From: Candidatus Saccharimonadota bacterium
GTDB lineage: Archaea > Micrarchaeota > Micrarchaeia > Micrarchaeales > Micrarchaeaceae
Reading direction: 5' to 3'
Assembly: GCF_002214165.1 (NCBI RefSeq)
Contig: NZ_CP019964.1
Location: 30,001-62,000 of the forward strand
DNA: 32,000 nt
The translations under genes and the position numbers were made by a program. Below the pieces are notes generated by a model. It made no database searches, was not told where the DNA came from, and saw only the letters and a list, made by a program, of their open reading frames with translations. Position 1 is the first letter of the stretch; the number at the start of each line of letters is the position of its first letter. Positions 23,952-32,000 of the stretch are shown here, piece by piece.

Positions 23952-26639
23952 ATGATAGAATTCGTAGAAAAACCATTTAGTGACGAAGAAAGTTTATCCG
24001 TTCTGAATAAGTATGTCAGGGAGTGGTTTACATCCAATTTTTCCGAGCTTACTCCTCCGCAGAAGTTCAGCTTCAAGCTGATAAGCGAACATAAAAACGT
24101 ACTGATAACCGCACCGACAGGTTCCGGAAAGACAATGTCCGCATTTGTCTCTATATTAAATGACATGTTCAACAGGTCATTGTCAAATAGGTTGGACAAC
24201 AAGATCTACTGCCTCTATATATCACCACTAAAGGCATTGAACAATGACGTATTGAGAAACTTGACCAAACCGCTTGAAGGCATATACGAGACCATAAAGA
24301 AGGACAAAGGGTTGGAGATAATCAAGGAGAACATCAAAAGCGTCACCATAGGTGTAAGGACGGGGGACACGGACGCAAAGGAGAGGAGGCAGCAACTTGT
24401 GCACCCTCCAAATATACTGGTTACCACACCAGAAAGTTTGGCGATACTGCTGAATTCAGAAAAGTTCCTGCACAACTTAGATTCTTTGGAATATGTTGTG
24501 ATAGATGAGATACACGAGCTGGCCAACAACAAGAGAGGGGCTCATCTTTCCTTATCAATTGAGAGGCTGGTCAACCAGCTTGGGAAGGATGTAAACAGGA
24601 TAGGCCTAAGTGCAACCCTATATCCCTTAGATGAAGCTGCCAAGTTCCTTGTTGGGCTAAAAGGCGGTGTCCCAAGGCAGTGCTATGTAGTGGATGCATC
24701 ATGGAGCAAAAAGCTTGAAGTCAAATCTATAAGTCCGGTGAAGGACCTTCTATACACACCGCCAGAAGAAGTTGAAACTGCAATATACGATGAGATAAAC
24801 AGCATAATAAAGAAAAGCAAGACAACGCTAATATTTACAAATACAAGAAGCGGAACAGAAAGGGTCGTGTTCAACCTAAAAAGAAGGTTCAAGTATACGG
24901 ACGCGGACATAGGCGCGCACCACAGCTCGCTTTCGAAGGAGTCTAGGATAAACATCGAAGAATCCCTGAAGAAAGGTAACCTGAAATGTGCAGTCTCGTC
25001 AACAAGTCTAGAGCTTGGAGTAGATATAGGGGATATAGACAATGTGGTGCAGCTCGGATCTCCAAAAAGCGTGACAAGGGCCATACAGAGGATAGGTAGG
25101 TCAGGGCATTCTTTCAGGGAGATAGCGAAGGGAGAGATAATAGTTGTAAACAGGGATGATCTGGTTGAATGCAGCATAATGCTATATGCTGCACTGAAGC
25201 ACCATCTTGATTCATTTTCAATACCAATGAACCCTTTGGATGTCCTGGCCCAGCATATAGTAGGTATGGCGATAAACAAAGTGTGGAAGGTTGACGAAGC
25301 ATATGAAGTCGTAAGGCAGGCGTATCCATACAGCACCCTTGAAAAAGAGGACTTCATATCATTGATAAACTATCTTGCAGGAAATTATGTGGGCCTGGAA
25401 AGCAGGCGCATATACGGGAAGATCTGGTACGAGGAGGAGAAACAGGAATTCGGCAAGAGGGGAATGTACATAAAGCCAATATACATGCTAAACATAGGCA
25501 CAATACCGGATTCCGTTGCAATATCCGTATACCTGAAAGGCACAAAAGAATGGATAGGCAACTTGGAGGAAGGCTTCCTGGTGCGCCTCAAGCCCGGTGA
25601 CATATTCACATTGGGCGGCAAGCTATACCAGTTCGAGTACTCGAAAGGAATGAGCTGCTATGTATCAAAAGCGGACAGCAAAACCCCTACAATACCACCA
25701 TGGTTCTCAGAGACCCTACCTCTGAGCTATGAGCTTGCAGTAGAGATAGGGGAATTCAGGAGAAGGTTTACCGAAATGATAAAACCCTATACAAAGTACA
25801 GCAAGGCCAAGCTCCAGAAAATTATTAAGGGAAAGACGCTCCCAAAAGATGCGGACGAGGTCCTGTCAAAGCTTCCAATAAACAGCTATGCCAAGTACGC
25901 GATATTGGAGTACTTTATGGAAGAACTGCTTTTCATAGGGGAAATACCAAATGACCGCCTTTTGTTGATAGAGTCGACTTCCGATGAACTTGAAGGGGAA
26001 AATTACCTAATATTCCATTCGCTTTACGGCAGAAGGATAAACGATACGCTATCAAGGCTGTCAGCCATGATCCTTGGAGAAATGATGAATGAGGATATAG
26101 GCACAATGGTCACGGACAACGGTTTCATACTGCTTACAGGTTCACGTGCAGTTTCAGAAAAGCTTCTTGACGAATTGATGCGCAATATGGTGGACGCAGA
26201 TCCATACAAAGTGCTTTCAGAGAACATAGAGAATACCGAGCTTATGAAGCGCAAGTTCAGGCAGATTGCAGCCAGGAGCTTTATGATATTGAGGAACTAC
26301 AAAGGCAACAAGATGTCTGTCCTAAGGCAGCAGATAAATTCAAACCTCATACTTCAAGCCCTCAAGGAGATTGATCCGAATTTCCCGATAATAAAGGAAA
26401 CCTACAGGGAAATATTCAATGACATGATGGACCTGCCAAGGACCAAAGCGCTTTTGCAGAGGATAAAGAAAGGCTCAATAAAGTACAGGATGGTAGAGAC
26501 ACCTTCACCATCGCCGTTTGCACATATGATGCTTACACACGCGCATTCGGATGTTGTCATGATGAAAGACAGAAGGGATTACCTGCTGCACCTGCATAAG
26601 CTGGTAATGAGCAGGCTTTATGAGAGGAAGGTAATTTGA
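23952..26639 (+). CDS. lhr: Lhr-type (Lhr-core/aLhr2-like) superfamily 2 DEAH-like (DEIH) box ATP-dependent helicase
   Basis: 895 aa. Motif I APTGSGKT, motif II DEIHEL, motif III LSAT, motif VI QRIGRSGH. The long C-terminal region is typical of the Lhr 'DEAD/H-associated' domain. Adjacent to an MPE-type phosphoesterase, as in known Lhr-MPE operons. Confidence 0.85.
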   Translation: MIEFVEKPFSDEESLSVLNKYVREWFTSNFSELTPPQKFSFKLISEHKNVLITAPTGSGKTMSAFVSILNDMFNRSLSNRLDNKIYCLYISPLKALNNDVLRNLTKPLEGIYETIKKDKGLEIIKENIKSVTIGVRTGDTDAKERRQQLVHPPNILVTTPESLAILLNSEKFLHNLDSLEYVVIDEIHELANNKRGAHLSLSIERLVNQLGKDVNRIGLSATLYPLDEAAKFLVGLKGGVPRQCYVVDASWSKKLEVKSISPVKDLLYTPPEEVETAIYDEINSIIKKSKTTLIFTNTRSGTERVVFNLKRRFKYTDADIGAHHSSLSKESRINIEESLKKGNLKCAVSSTSLELGVDIGDIDNVVQLGSPKSVTRAIQRIGRSGHSFREIAKGEIIVVNRDDLVECSIMLYAALKHHLDSFSIPMNPLDVLAQHIVGMAINKVWKVDEAYEVVRQAYPYSTLEKEDFISLINYLAGNYVGLESRRIYGKIWYEEEKQEFGKRGMYIKPIYMLNIGTIPDSVAISVYLKGTKEWIGNLEEGFLVRLKPGDIFTLGGKLYQFEYSKGMSCYVSKADSKTPTIPPWFSETLPLSYELAVEIGEFRRRFTEMIKPYTKYSKAKLQKIIKGKTLPKDADEVLSKLPINSYAKYAILEYFMEELLFIGEIPNDRLLLIESTSDELEGENYLIFHSLYGRRINDTLSRLSAMILGEMMNEDIGTMVTDNGFILLTGSRAVSEKLLDELMRNMVDADPYKVLSENIENTELMKRKFRQIAARSFMILRNYKGNKMSVLRQQINSNLILQALKEIDPNFPIIKETYREIFNDMMDLPRTKALLQRIKKGSIKYRMVETPSPSPFAHMMLTHAHSDVVMMKDRRDYLLHLHKLVMSRLYERKVI

Positions 26640-27385
26640 GGGTAACAAACGATATAGAACTTGTTGATGGGTTGCCAATAGCATATGTGCACTCGTTGGA
26701 TTCACTGGCCGTTGCAGATCTTCATCTGGGGTATGAAGGAGTGATGGCAAAGAGGGGCATCCTTGTCCCAAAGGCAAATCTAAAGTCTATAGAGAAGTCA
26801 ATAAAATCTGCGGTCGAGTCCACATCAGCCAAAAACATAATAGTTGATGGGGATATCAAGAATGATTTTTCCGATGTCGATGTAGAAGAGTTCAACGAGC
26901 TATTTGAACTGATACATTTTCTGAAGGATTTGGGGCTTTCGATTACGCTTATCAAAGGAAACCACGACAATTTCGTAGAAAGGTACAAAGATACATTCAA
27001 CCTTAAAGTGTACAGGCAGGAAACTCTTATAGGAAAGTATCTTTTCCTTCACGGCGAGGAATTGCCTGCCGAAGACAAGCTAATCCAATCATCAACATTG
27101 ATAATGGGGCACGAGCATCCAGCGATAAGCATTTATACAGAGGCAGGCGCCAAGGAGAAATTAAAATGCTTCTTATACGGAAAATACAAAGGCAAGCCCA
27201 TACTTGTGCTTCCTGCAATGAGCTACTTTTCAGGAGGGACAGACATAAACATAGTCCCTAAGAACGAGCTTTTATCCCCTCTATTCAAGGACATAGACAT
27301 TGACTCTATGGAGGCATATCCAGTAGGCTATGGCTCAACCATGGATTTTGGAACTGTTGAAATAATAAAAAAAGGGACGTTCTGA
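26636..27385 (+). CDS. Binuclear metallophosphoesterase (MPE-type; ICC-like phosphoesterase family, I recall COG1407)
   Basis: Ordered calcineurin-like motifs are present: DLHLG (DxH), GDIKND (GD), GNHD, LHGEE, GHEHP. TTG start overlaps the lhr stop by 4 nt (TTGA). The first in-frame ATG lies after the DxH motif, so a non-ATG start is required. Confidence 0.8.
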   Translation: MRVTNDIELVDGLPIAYVHSLDSLAVADLHLGYEGVMAKRGILVPKANLKSIEKSIKSAVESTSAKNIIVDGDIKNDFSDVDVEEFNELFELIHFLKDLGLSITLIKGNHDNFVERYKDTFNLKVYRQETLIGKYLFLHGEELPAEDKLIQSSTLIMGHEHPAISIYTEAGAKEKLKCFLYGKYKGKPILVLPAMSYFSGGTDINIVPKNELLSPLFKDIDIDSMEAYPVGYGSTMDFGTVEIIKKGTF

Positions 27386-27390
27386 AAAAT

Positions 27391-28962
27391 TCAGAACCAC
27401 GGCAATACGTTTACCACTAATGCAATTATTATTATTGCGATTATAAGGTGTATCTTCCTCTTGTCCTTTATTGATGTGGAATAAATCCTCCAGCCATCAA
27501 ATCCTGGTATCGGAAGCAGGTTTACCGCACCTATAAGGAAGTTGAGCATGAATGACAATGCGAATAGCGTGTAAAAGAAGAATATAACACTTTTGGATAC
27601 CGTATTTGTCAAAGGCTCCGTTACCTGTTCTACCTCTATTCCTATCAAAGAGGTCGTCTTGTTGTAAGGCTTAGCTACCAAACTATAGTTGCCAGTGCTG
27701 GTAGCTATATTGATAAGCTCTCCTGGATAGGTTTTGGAAGCATCATTTTCAAGCTCTGTCAAATTTTTAACCTTCAGCCCATTCCAGTAAAGCAGGTCCG
27801 AATTGTTCTTTACCACACCATACGCAGGATACCCTTTCATTGTGCCAACTACCACCACATTTGTATGGTATATATGGTTTACCACATAAGGGAGCATAAG
27901 TATCATAGGTATGAAGAATATGATCATGAAGAGGAAGTTTGCGGACACCCCCGCAACAGATATCTTGTTCTGTGAAAGATTATCAAGCTTGGCAATTTCA
28001 TCCTCATTGGGCTCTACAAATGCTCCCATAGGCAAGATTCCAAGCATGAGAAGGCCTATGGACTTAAGCTTTACCTTTGATAGTGCCGCAAGTATGCCAT
28101 GGGAGAATTCATGTACAACCAATAGCAGTGCCAATGCAATGAGGCCTGCTACCAATGGCAGGTCAATCCCTGGTATAACGGGAGCCACGCCAGGAATTCC
28201 GGAGGAAAGAGGTTTTACCGAAGATATTTCTATAGACTTGATTACAAGATATACTATATCTCCTGCATTATACAATATAGAACTCAGAACATATCCAGCA
28301 AACCCCGTAGAAATTGTTATTATGTTAAGTATTACCAGCACAGGCGACTCGTGTGCCAAGTCATAAAGCAAGGTGAAGAATCCTGGAACTTTGATGGATG
28401 TTATGAAGTCTACATGGCTGCTAAGCTTTGGAAGGTTTATAAACGTGGCAGCATAGCTCATATAGGGCAAGACAAACATTGTTATGATTATCAGAGATAT
28501 AAGCCCAAATGCATACATCTTCTTGCTTATCTTGTTTCCTAAAATTAGGTATGAAAGCACTCCGAATCCCAGTATCATCCCCCATGCAGCAAAAAGCTGC
28601 CAAAACTTTTCATTGGAATATGCAATCTTCCTGATGGCATTCAAGCCTCTCTTAGTCTTGAGAAGGTAAATCCCATAACCTCCATTAAGCCCATCTACCT
28701 TTGTTATTATGATCCCGCTGATTATCAACGTAGCTATTGCCAATACCCATTGCAGTATCAGTCCAAGATACGAAGCATAGTAAAGCCTATAAATTATAAA
28801 CATAGACACTACAAGCAGTATAACATACGCCAATGTCCTAGCCCACAAGGATTTTAAATGCCATTTAGCATTATTTTGCCCAGCAGCACTATCAGATACC
28901 TCTTTTTTAGCATCTTGGCGATTTATCTTTTTGGTATTTTTATCCTTTTTCAACTGAACCAC
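27391..28962 (-). CDS. Site-2 protease family (peptidase M50) intramembrane metalloprotease
   Basis: HEFSHG (HExxH) in a TM segment, and a distal NLLPIPGFDGWRI (NxxPxxxxDG) motif. Multiple TM helices and an internal PDZ-like soluble insert. Confidence 0.8.
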   Translation of the reverse strand: MVQLKKDKNTKKINRQDAKKEVSDSAAGQNNAKWHLKSLWARTLAYVILLVVSMFIIYRLYYASYLGLILQWVLAIATLIISGIIITKVDGLNGGYGIYLLKTKRGLNAIRKIAYSNEKFWQLFAAWGMILGFGVLSYLILGNKISKKMYAFGLISLIIITMFVLPYMSYAATFINLPKLSSHVDFITSIKVPGFFTLLYDLAHESPVLVILNIITISTGFAGYVLSSILYNAGDIVYLVIKSIEISSVKPLSSGIPGVAPVIPGIDLPLVAGLIALALLLVVHEFSHGILAALSKVKLKSIGLLMLGILPMGAFVEPNEDEIAKLDNLSQNKISVAGVSANFLFMIIFFIPMILMLPYVVNHIYHTNVVVVGTMKGYPAYGVVKNNSDLLYWNGLKVKNLTELENDASKTYPGELINIATSTGNYSLVAKPYNKTTSLIGIEVEQVTEPLTNTVSKSVIFFFYTLFALSFMLNFLIGAVNLLPIPGFDGWRIYSTSIKDKRKIHLIIAIIIIALVVNVLPWF

Positions 28963-29119
28963 TCAACTAGAAATAAGCTAAATATCTTTAATCAGTTAAA
29001 CCTATTTATGATTTACTATTTTGTTCTGTTGCAGATCTATAATAAAAGTGCACCAAGCAAAAAGGCCATATCCAAAGAATAAATGCAATTACCAATCAAA
29101 AACCTCCCTCTACGCCAAT

Positions 29120-29138
29120 CAAAAGGTATTTATAATTT
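29120..29138 (+). promoter_or_regulatory. BRE/TATA-like 19-mer CAAAAGGTATTTATAATTT (copy 2)
   Basis: Identical to 17493-17511. It lies 90 nt upstream of the aIF5A start and ~160 nt from the divergent M50 protease start. Confidence 0.45.
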
Positions 29139-29227
29139 ATATGGCATAACTTAGTGTCAATCCTATAAGTCGTATTTTTAAATACGAGTATTAGCAAAGA
29201 TAATAAACATGAATTTATGGTGCTTTT

Positions 29228-29626
29228 ATGGCGGACGGAGAAATAATGAAGATGACTATGAAGGATATACACGTAGGAAGGTATATAATAATAGACGGAG
29301 TGCCATGCAAAGTGGTAGATATAGAAACGAGCTCTCCAGGAAAGCACGGATCTGCAAAAATGAGGGTTACCGCAATGGGAATATTCGATGGCAGCAAAAA
29401 GACCTTGTTGAAGCCAAGCGATGCAGATGCTGATGTGCCAGTAATAAAGAAGAAAAAAGCACAAGTAGTATCAATATCTGGAAATTCTGCGCAGATTATG
29501 GATTCTGAAACTTATGAAGTTTATGATCTGCCAATACCTGAGGAACTAGACGGTAAGGTAGTCGCAGGTTCCGAAGTTGAAATATTGGAGGCAATGGGAA
29601 AGAGGGCAATATCAAAAACAGTATAA
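29228..29626 (+). CDS. eif5a: Translation initiation factor aIF5A
   Basis: YIIIDGVPCKVVDIETSSPGKHGSAKMRVTAMGIFDG contains the hypusine-site motif (S/T)-x-GKHG-x-AK. C-terminal OB domain present. Confidence 0.9.
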   Translation: MADGEIMKMTMKDIHVGRYIIIDGVPCKVVDIETSSPGKHGSAKMRVTAMGIFDGSKKTLLKPSDADADVPVIKKKKAQVVSISGNSAQIMDSETYEVYDLPIPEELDGKVVAGSEVEILEAMGKRAISKTV

Positions 29627-29637
29627 AGGTGAATTTA

Positions 29638-29940
29638 ATGGAATTAAAGATAGCAAAGAATGAAGACAATGAATTATTTAATAGGAAAAATGTAACCTTC
29701 AACGTAATCGGTTATGACGCAACACCCTCAAAAGAGGTAGTAAAAGAGGAACTTTGCAAGAAGATTAATGCACTTCCGGATATGACTGTAATAGTTAATC
29801 TAAGCCAGGAATCTGGAATGAGAAGGCTAAATGGGATGGCCCATGTTTACAGCAACAAGGAAGACATCGATAAGTATGAGAGAGATTACATACTTAAAAG
29901 AAGCGAAAAGAAAAACGCTAAAAAAGAAGGCGAAAAATAA
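29638..29940 (+). CDS. rps24e: Ribosomal protein eS24
   Basis: ELKIAKNEDNELFNRKNVTFNVIGYDATPSKEVVKEELCKK...GMAHVYSNKEDIDKYERDYILKR. AAGGTGA Shine-Dalgarno 6 nt before ATG 29638; the ORF track opens it at GTG 29629. Confidence 0.9.
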   Translation: MELKIAKNEDNELFNRKNVTFNVIGYDATPSKEVVKEELCKKINALPDMTVIVNLSQESGMRRLNGMAHVYSNKEDIDKYERDYILKRSEKKNAKKEGEK

Positions 29941-29956
29941 ATAATCAGTGGTATAA

Positions 29957-30115
29957 ATGGCAAACGATAAAGAAAATAAGAAGTTCAAAGCTTATTCATC
30001 AGGAAAGATGTGCCCTAAATGCAACTCAAAAATGGCTTCCCATAAAGACAGATACGCTTGTGGTAAATGTGGATACACAGAATTCAAGCACAAAGAAGGC
30101 GAAAAGAAGGAGTAA
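29957..30115 (+). CDS. rps27ae: Ribosomal protein eS31 (S27ae), Zn-ribbon
   Basis: Below the ORF-track cutoff. Hand translation gives [52 protein letters not shown] (52 aa), with CPKC...CGKCGYT. The rps24e-rps27ae pairing is conserved in archaea. Confidence 0.85.
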   Translation: MANDKENKKFKAYSSGKMCPKCNSKMASHKDRYACGKCGYTEFKHKEGEKKE

Positions 30116-30125
30116 TCGCTCCGAT

Positions 30126-30839
30126 TTGCCTCTGGAAAGCAGCAAACCTAATCACAATGAAGCTTGCCCTAATGAAGCAATCGAGAAACAGGGCAAGGAT
30201 TCTTATAAGGCAAGATACATATTCTACTTTTTTTCCATTTTGCTTATATCAATAGCAATTGCATCAGTTGTACTGTATTACGATTCAATATTAAGCAATA
30301 ACTCAGCTGATATAATCTCTACTATATCCATATCTCTTCTGTTCCCATCTATAGTAATATCATATATGATGGCCAAGGGAAATAATATAAGCGGTATAAT
30401 AAAATCCTTAGGCTTATCAAGGGATAAGTTAAACTTCAAATACATCATTATAGGCATTGTATTATTTGCTGCAATTATGGGATTGGATCTTGCGTTCAGT
30501 TCAATAGCTGCATATTTGCATATATCTTTTCCCACAAATGTAAAGCAGGTTTTTTCCGGAATGCCCTTATACTTTTTGATTTTTTCATTCACTGTAGCAC
30601 CAATAGATGAAGAAATTCTTTTCCGCGGTTTTTTGGTGCCAAGGATAGGTGTAATACAGAGTGCATTTCTATTCGCGATACTGCATTTTGGCTATGGTTC
30701 AATATCTGAGATACTGTTTGCTTTTATCTTTGGTTTAATGGCAGGTTATGCCTTTAAAAGGACCAAGTCGTTATACATATCAATAATAGGGCATATATTG
30801 GTTAATATGCTTACAATAATATTGCTTTTTGTAATTTAA
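30126..30839 (+). CDS. CPBP-family intramembrane glutamic endopeptidase (CAAX protease/Abi-like)
   Basis: Motifs EEILFRGFL, FAILHFGYG and HILVNM lie in a polytopic membrane protein. The start is uncertain. The ORF opens at GTG 30060 inside rps27ae; TTG 30126 is the first start-type codon after the rps27ae stop; the first ATG is beyond TM1. Confidence 0.7.
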   Translation: MPLESSKPNHNEACPNEAIEKQGKDSYKARYIFYFFSILLISIAIASVVLYYDSILSNNSADIISTISISLLFPSIVISYMMAKGNNISGIIKSLGLSRDKLNFKYIIIGIVLFAAIMGLDLAFSSIAAYLHISFPTNVKQVFSGMPLYFLIFSFTVAPIDEEILFRGFLVPRIGVIQSAFLFAILHFGYGSISEILFAFIFGLMAGYAFKRTKSLYISIIGHILVNMLTIILLFVI

Positions 30840-30947
30840 TCCCTAATTTGACAATATAAAAGCAATAATTTAAGTGTGCTTCAGGCAAATCAATTAAAAT
30901 ACTAAAAGCAAGATGATTAAAATAGATATTAACAAAGTGAGCGTGAA

Positions 30948-30972
30948 ATCCCACCTGCTTTAGCGGTGGGAT
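30948..30972 (+). repeat. Strong imperfect hairpin, candidate IS200/IS605-type left-end structure
   Basis: ATCCCACC-T-GC-TTTA-GC-GGTGGGAT: 8 bp plus 2 bp of stem, with one bulged T and a tetraloop. An overlapping alternative stem is GCGGT(30963-30967)/ACCGC(30981-30985). It lies 63-87 nt upstream of tnpB. Confidence 0.4.
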
Positions 30973-31034
30973 GAAAGCGAACCGCAAGACAAAAAGATAT
31001 AAAAGTTTCAAGAAATAAATACATAAGAAAGTGA

Positions 31035-32000
31035 ATGGCAATGGAACTGACAAGAGCCTATAAATTCAGGATCTATCCAGATACTAAAAGGCAGTCTGAG
31101 ATAGATGAAAGGCTAATCCTTGCGCAGCAGTTCTACAACAAGATTCTGGAGAAGTCCATTGAATCCTATAAGAATGGAGAGGCAAAAGCCTCAATGGCAC
31201 AGTTCAACAGGTTCGTCAAAGAAATAATCCAAGATGACAAGAGATACCTGAAACTATACTCGCAGACGAGATGCGAGATTGAATATAGGCTTCTCAAGGC
31301 ATATCAAAACTTCTTCAGGAGAATAAAGGAAGGAAACAGGAAGGCAGGATTCCCGAGGTTCAAGTCAAGGGACCGGTACAAGTCAATAACATATCCTCAG
31401 TACAATGGGTCTTTCTCGATAAAGAGGGGCAGGCTGAGAGTCTCGAGGATAGGCACAATGAGAATAGAACTGCATAGGAAGATTGAAGGCACAATCAAGA
31501 CTCTTTCAATAAAAAGGGAAGGAAAGGATTATTACGCCATCTTCACCACAGCAAACGAAATAAAGATTCCGCAATTGGAGGACACAAACCCTGTCGGAAT
31601 AGATATGGGTTTGCATTCATTTATTGCGATGTCATCTGGAATGAAGATAGAGAAGCCAAGGTTTGTGAGGAAGAGGGCAAAGCATCTTGCAAGATGGCAA
31701 AGAAGAATTGCAAAGAGGGAAAAAGGCAGCAAAAGAAGGGAAAATGCAAAGAATCATCTACAAAAGGAATGGGAACACGTTACAGAGCAATCAGATGACT
31801 TCTCCCACAAACTTTCTAACAAATTGGTAAATTCAGGATATACTTCATTCGCAGTAGAGGATTTGCACATTCAAAACATGGCAAAAAACCATAATCTTGC
31901 GCAGGCAATCTATAATGCTTCATGGAACAAGTTCATCCAAATGCTCTCATACAAGGCTGAAAGTGCCGGCATGAAGGTAATAAGTGTAGATGAAAGAAAC
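31035..32000 (+). CDS. tnpB: TnpB (IS605 OrfB-type RNA-guided endonuclease/transposase accessory protein), N-terminal 322 codons
   Basis: Absent from the ORF track because it is open at the 3' edge. Hand translation gives MAMELTRAYKFRIYPDTKRQSEIDERLILAQQFYNKIL... (the classic RAYKFRIYP N-terminus). Also present: ...FPRFKSRDRYKSITY..., RuvC-I NPVGIDMGL and RuvC-II SFAVEDLHIQNM. The frame stays open to position 32000. Confidence 0.9.
   Translation, partial: MAMELTRAYKFRIYPDTKRQSEIDERLILAQQFYNKILEKSIESYKNGEAKASMAQFNRFVKEIIQDDKRYLKLYSQTRCEIEYRLLKAYQNFFRRIKEGNRKAGFPRFKSRDRYKSITYPQYNGSFSIKRGRLRVSRIGTMRIELHRKIEGTIKTLSIKREGKDYYAIFTTANEIKIPQLEDTNPVGIDMGLHSFIAMSSGMKIEKPRFVRKRAKHLARWQRRIAKREKGSKRRENAKNHLQKEWEHVTEQSDDFSHKLSNKLVNSGYTSFAVEDLHIQNMAKNHNLAQAIYNASWNKFIQMLSYKAESAGMKVISVDERN

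Larger units (their letters stand above)
30940..32000 (+). mobile_element. Partial IS200/IS605-family (IS1341-like, TnpB-only as far as visible) element; right end outside the window
   Basis: tnpB ORF plus an upstream subterminal hairpin. No tnpA (Y1 transposase) ORF lies between the CPBP gene and tnpB. The left boundary is not determined. Confidence 0.55.

Noticed and set aside
28858-29082. 74-aa ORF spanning the 5' end of the M50 protease gene (antisense) and the divergent intergenic region.
   Set aside because: No motif. It overlaps the protease start region and looks like AT-rich spacer read-through.
29209-29433. 74-aa + strand ORF starting at ATG 29209, overlapping aIF5A out of frame. 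The antisense ORFs 29096-29464 and 29215-29397 fall in the same category.
   Set aside because: The aIF5A frame carries the hypusine-site motif and full-length similarity. The alternative frames are Arg/Asn-rich or Cys/His/Tyr-rich nonsense.
1-32000. Window-wide look for CRISPR arrays, rRNA genes, tandem repeats, in-frame stop codons suggesting recoding, and recognisable defence or toxin-antitoxin gene pairs.
   Set aside because: By eye I found no regularly spaced direct repeats, no rRNA-like segments and no interrupted conserved genes. All conserved ORFs read through with standard stops. The non-housekeeping genes (LamG pilin, CPBP, M50 protease, Lhr-MPE, TnpB) do not form a recognisable defence-island architecture. 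A computational repeat search could still find short repeats that I missed.

Overview
AT-rich archaeal chromosomal segment, almost entirely information-processing genes, tightly packed with many 1-10 nt gaps or 4-nt overlaps. All calls rest on hand translation, hand folding and recalled family motifs; no database search was possible. In order: (i) an edge-truncated pilin-like LamG protein (-). (ii) tRNA-Ser(GCU) and the SRP (7S) RNA (-). (iii) aIF2-beta, aIF1A and Orc1/Cdc6. (iv) The archaeal 'exosome superoperon': Rpp30, Pop5, proteasome alpha, SBDS, Rrp4, Rrp41, Rrp42, eL43, an orphan ORF, RpoP. (v) uS13-uS4-uS11 (-) and tRNA-Ser(GGA) (-). (vi) Class II LysRS and primase PriS. (vii) Small unknown ORFs and a DUF373-like membrane protein. 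(viii) A ribosomal block Rpp29-uS17-uL14-uL24-eS4-uL5-uS14-uS8-uL6-eL32-eL19-uL18-uS5. (ix) An unusual di-cluster ferredoxin. (x) A translationally coupled Lhr-type helicase and metallophosphoesterase pair. (xi) An M50 site-2 protease (-). (xii) aIF5A-eS24-eS31, a CPBP protease, and the 5' part of a TnpB (IS200/IS605-family) element running off the window. Five genes are absent from the ORF track: three Zn-ribbon proteins below its size cutoff (RpoP, uS14, eS31) and two edge-truncated genes (pilin-LamG, TnpB). I found no CRISPR array, no rRNA and no obvious defence island. The most unusual signals are RNA-level. Both tRNA-Ser genes carry insertions at non-canonical positions (D-loop; T-loop plus anticodon loop), which implies a broad-specificity splicing endonuclease. 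Other points of note are a recurrent BRE/TATA-like 19-mer, low-complexity extensions on ribosomal proteins, a ferredoxin with a long acidic/His insert, and broken ribosomal-operon synteny. Gene content and compaction suggest a small-genome archaeon (DPANN/Micrarchaeota-like or Thermoplasmata-like); this is inference only.
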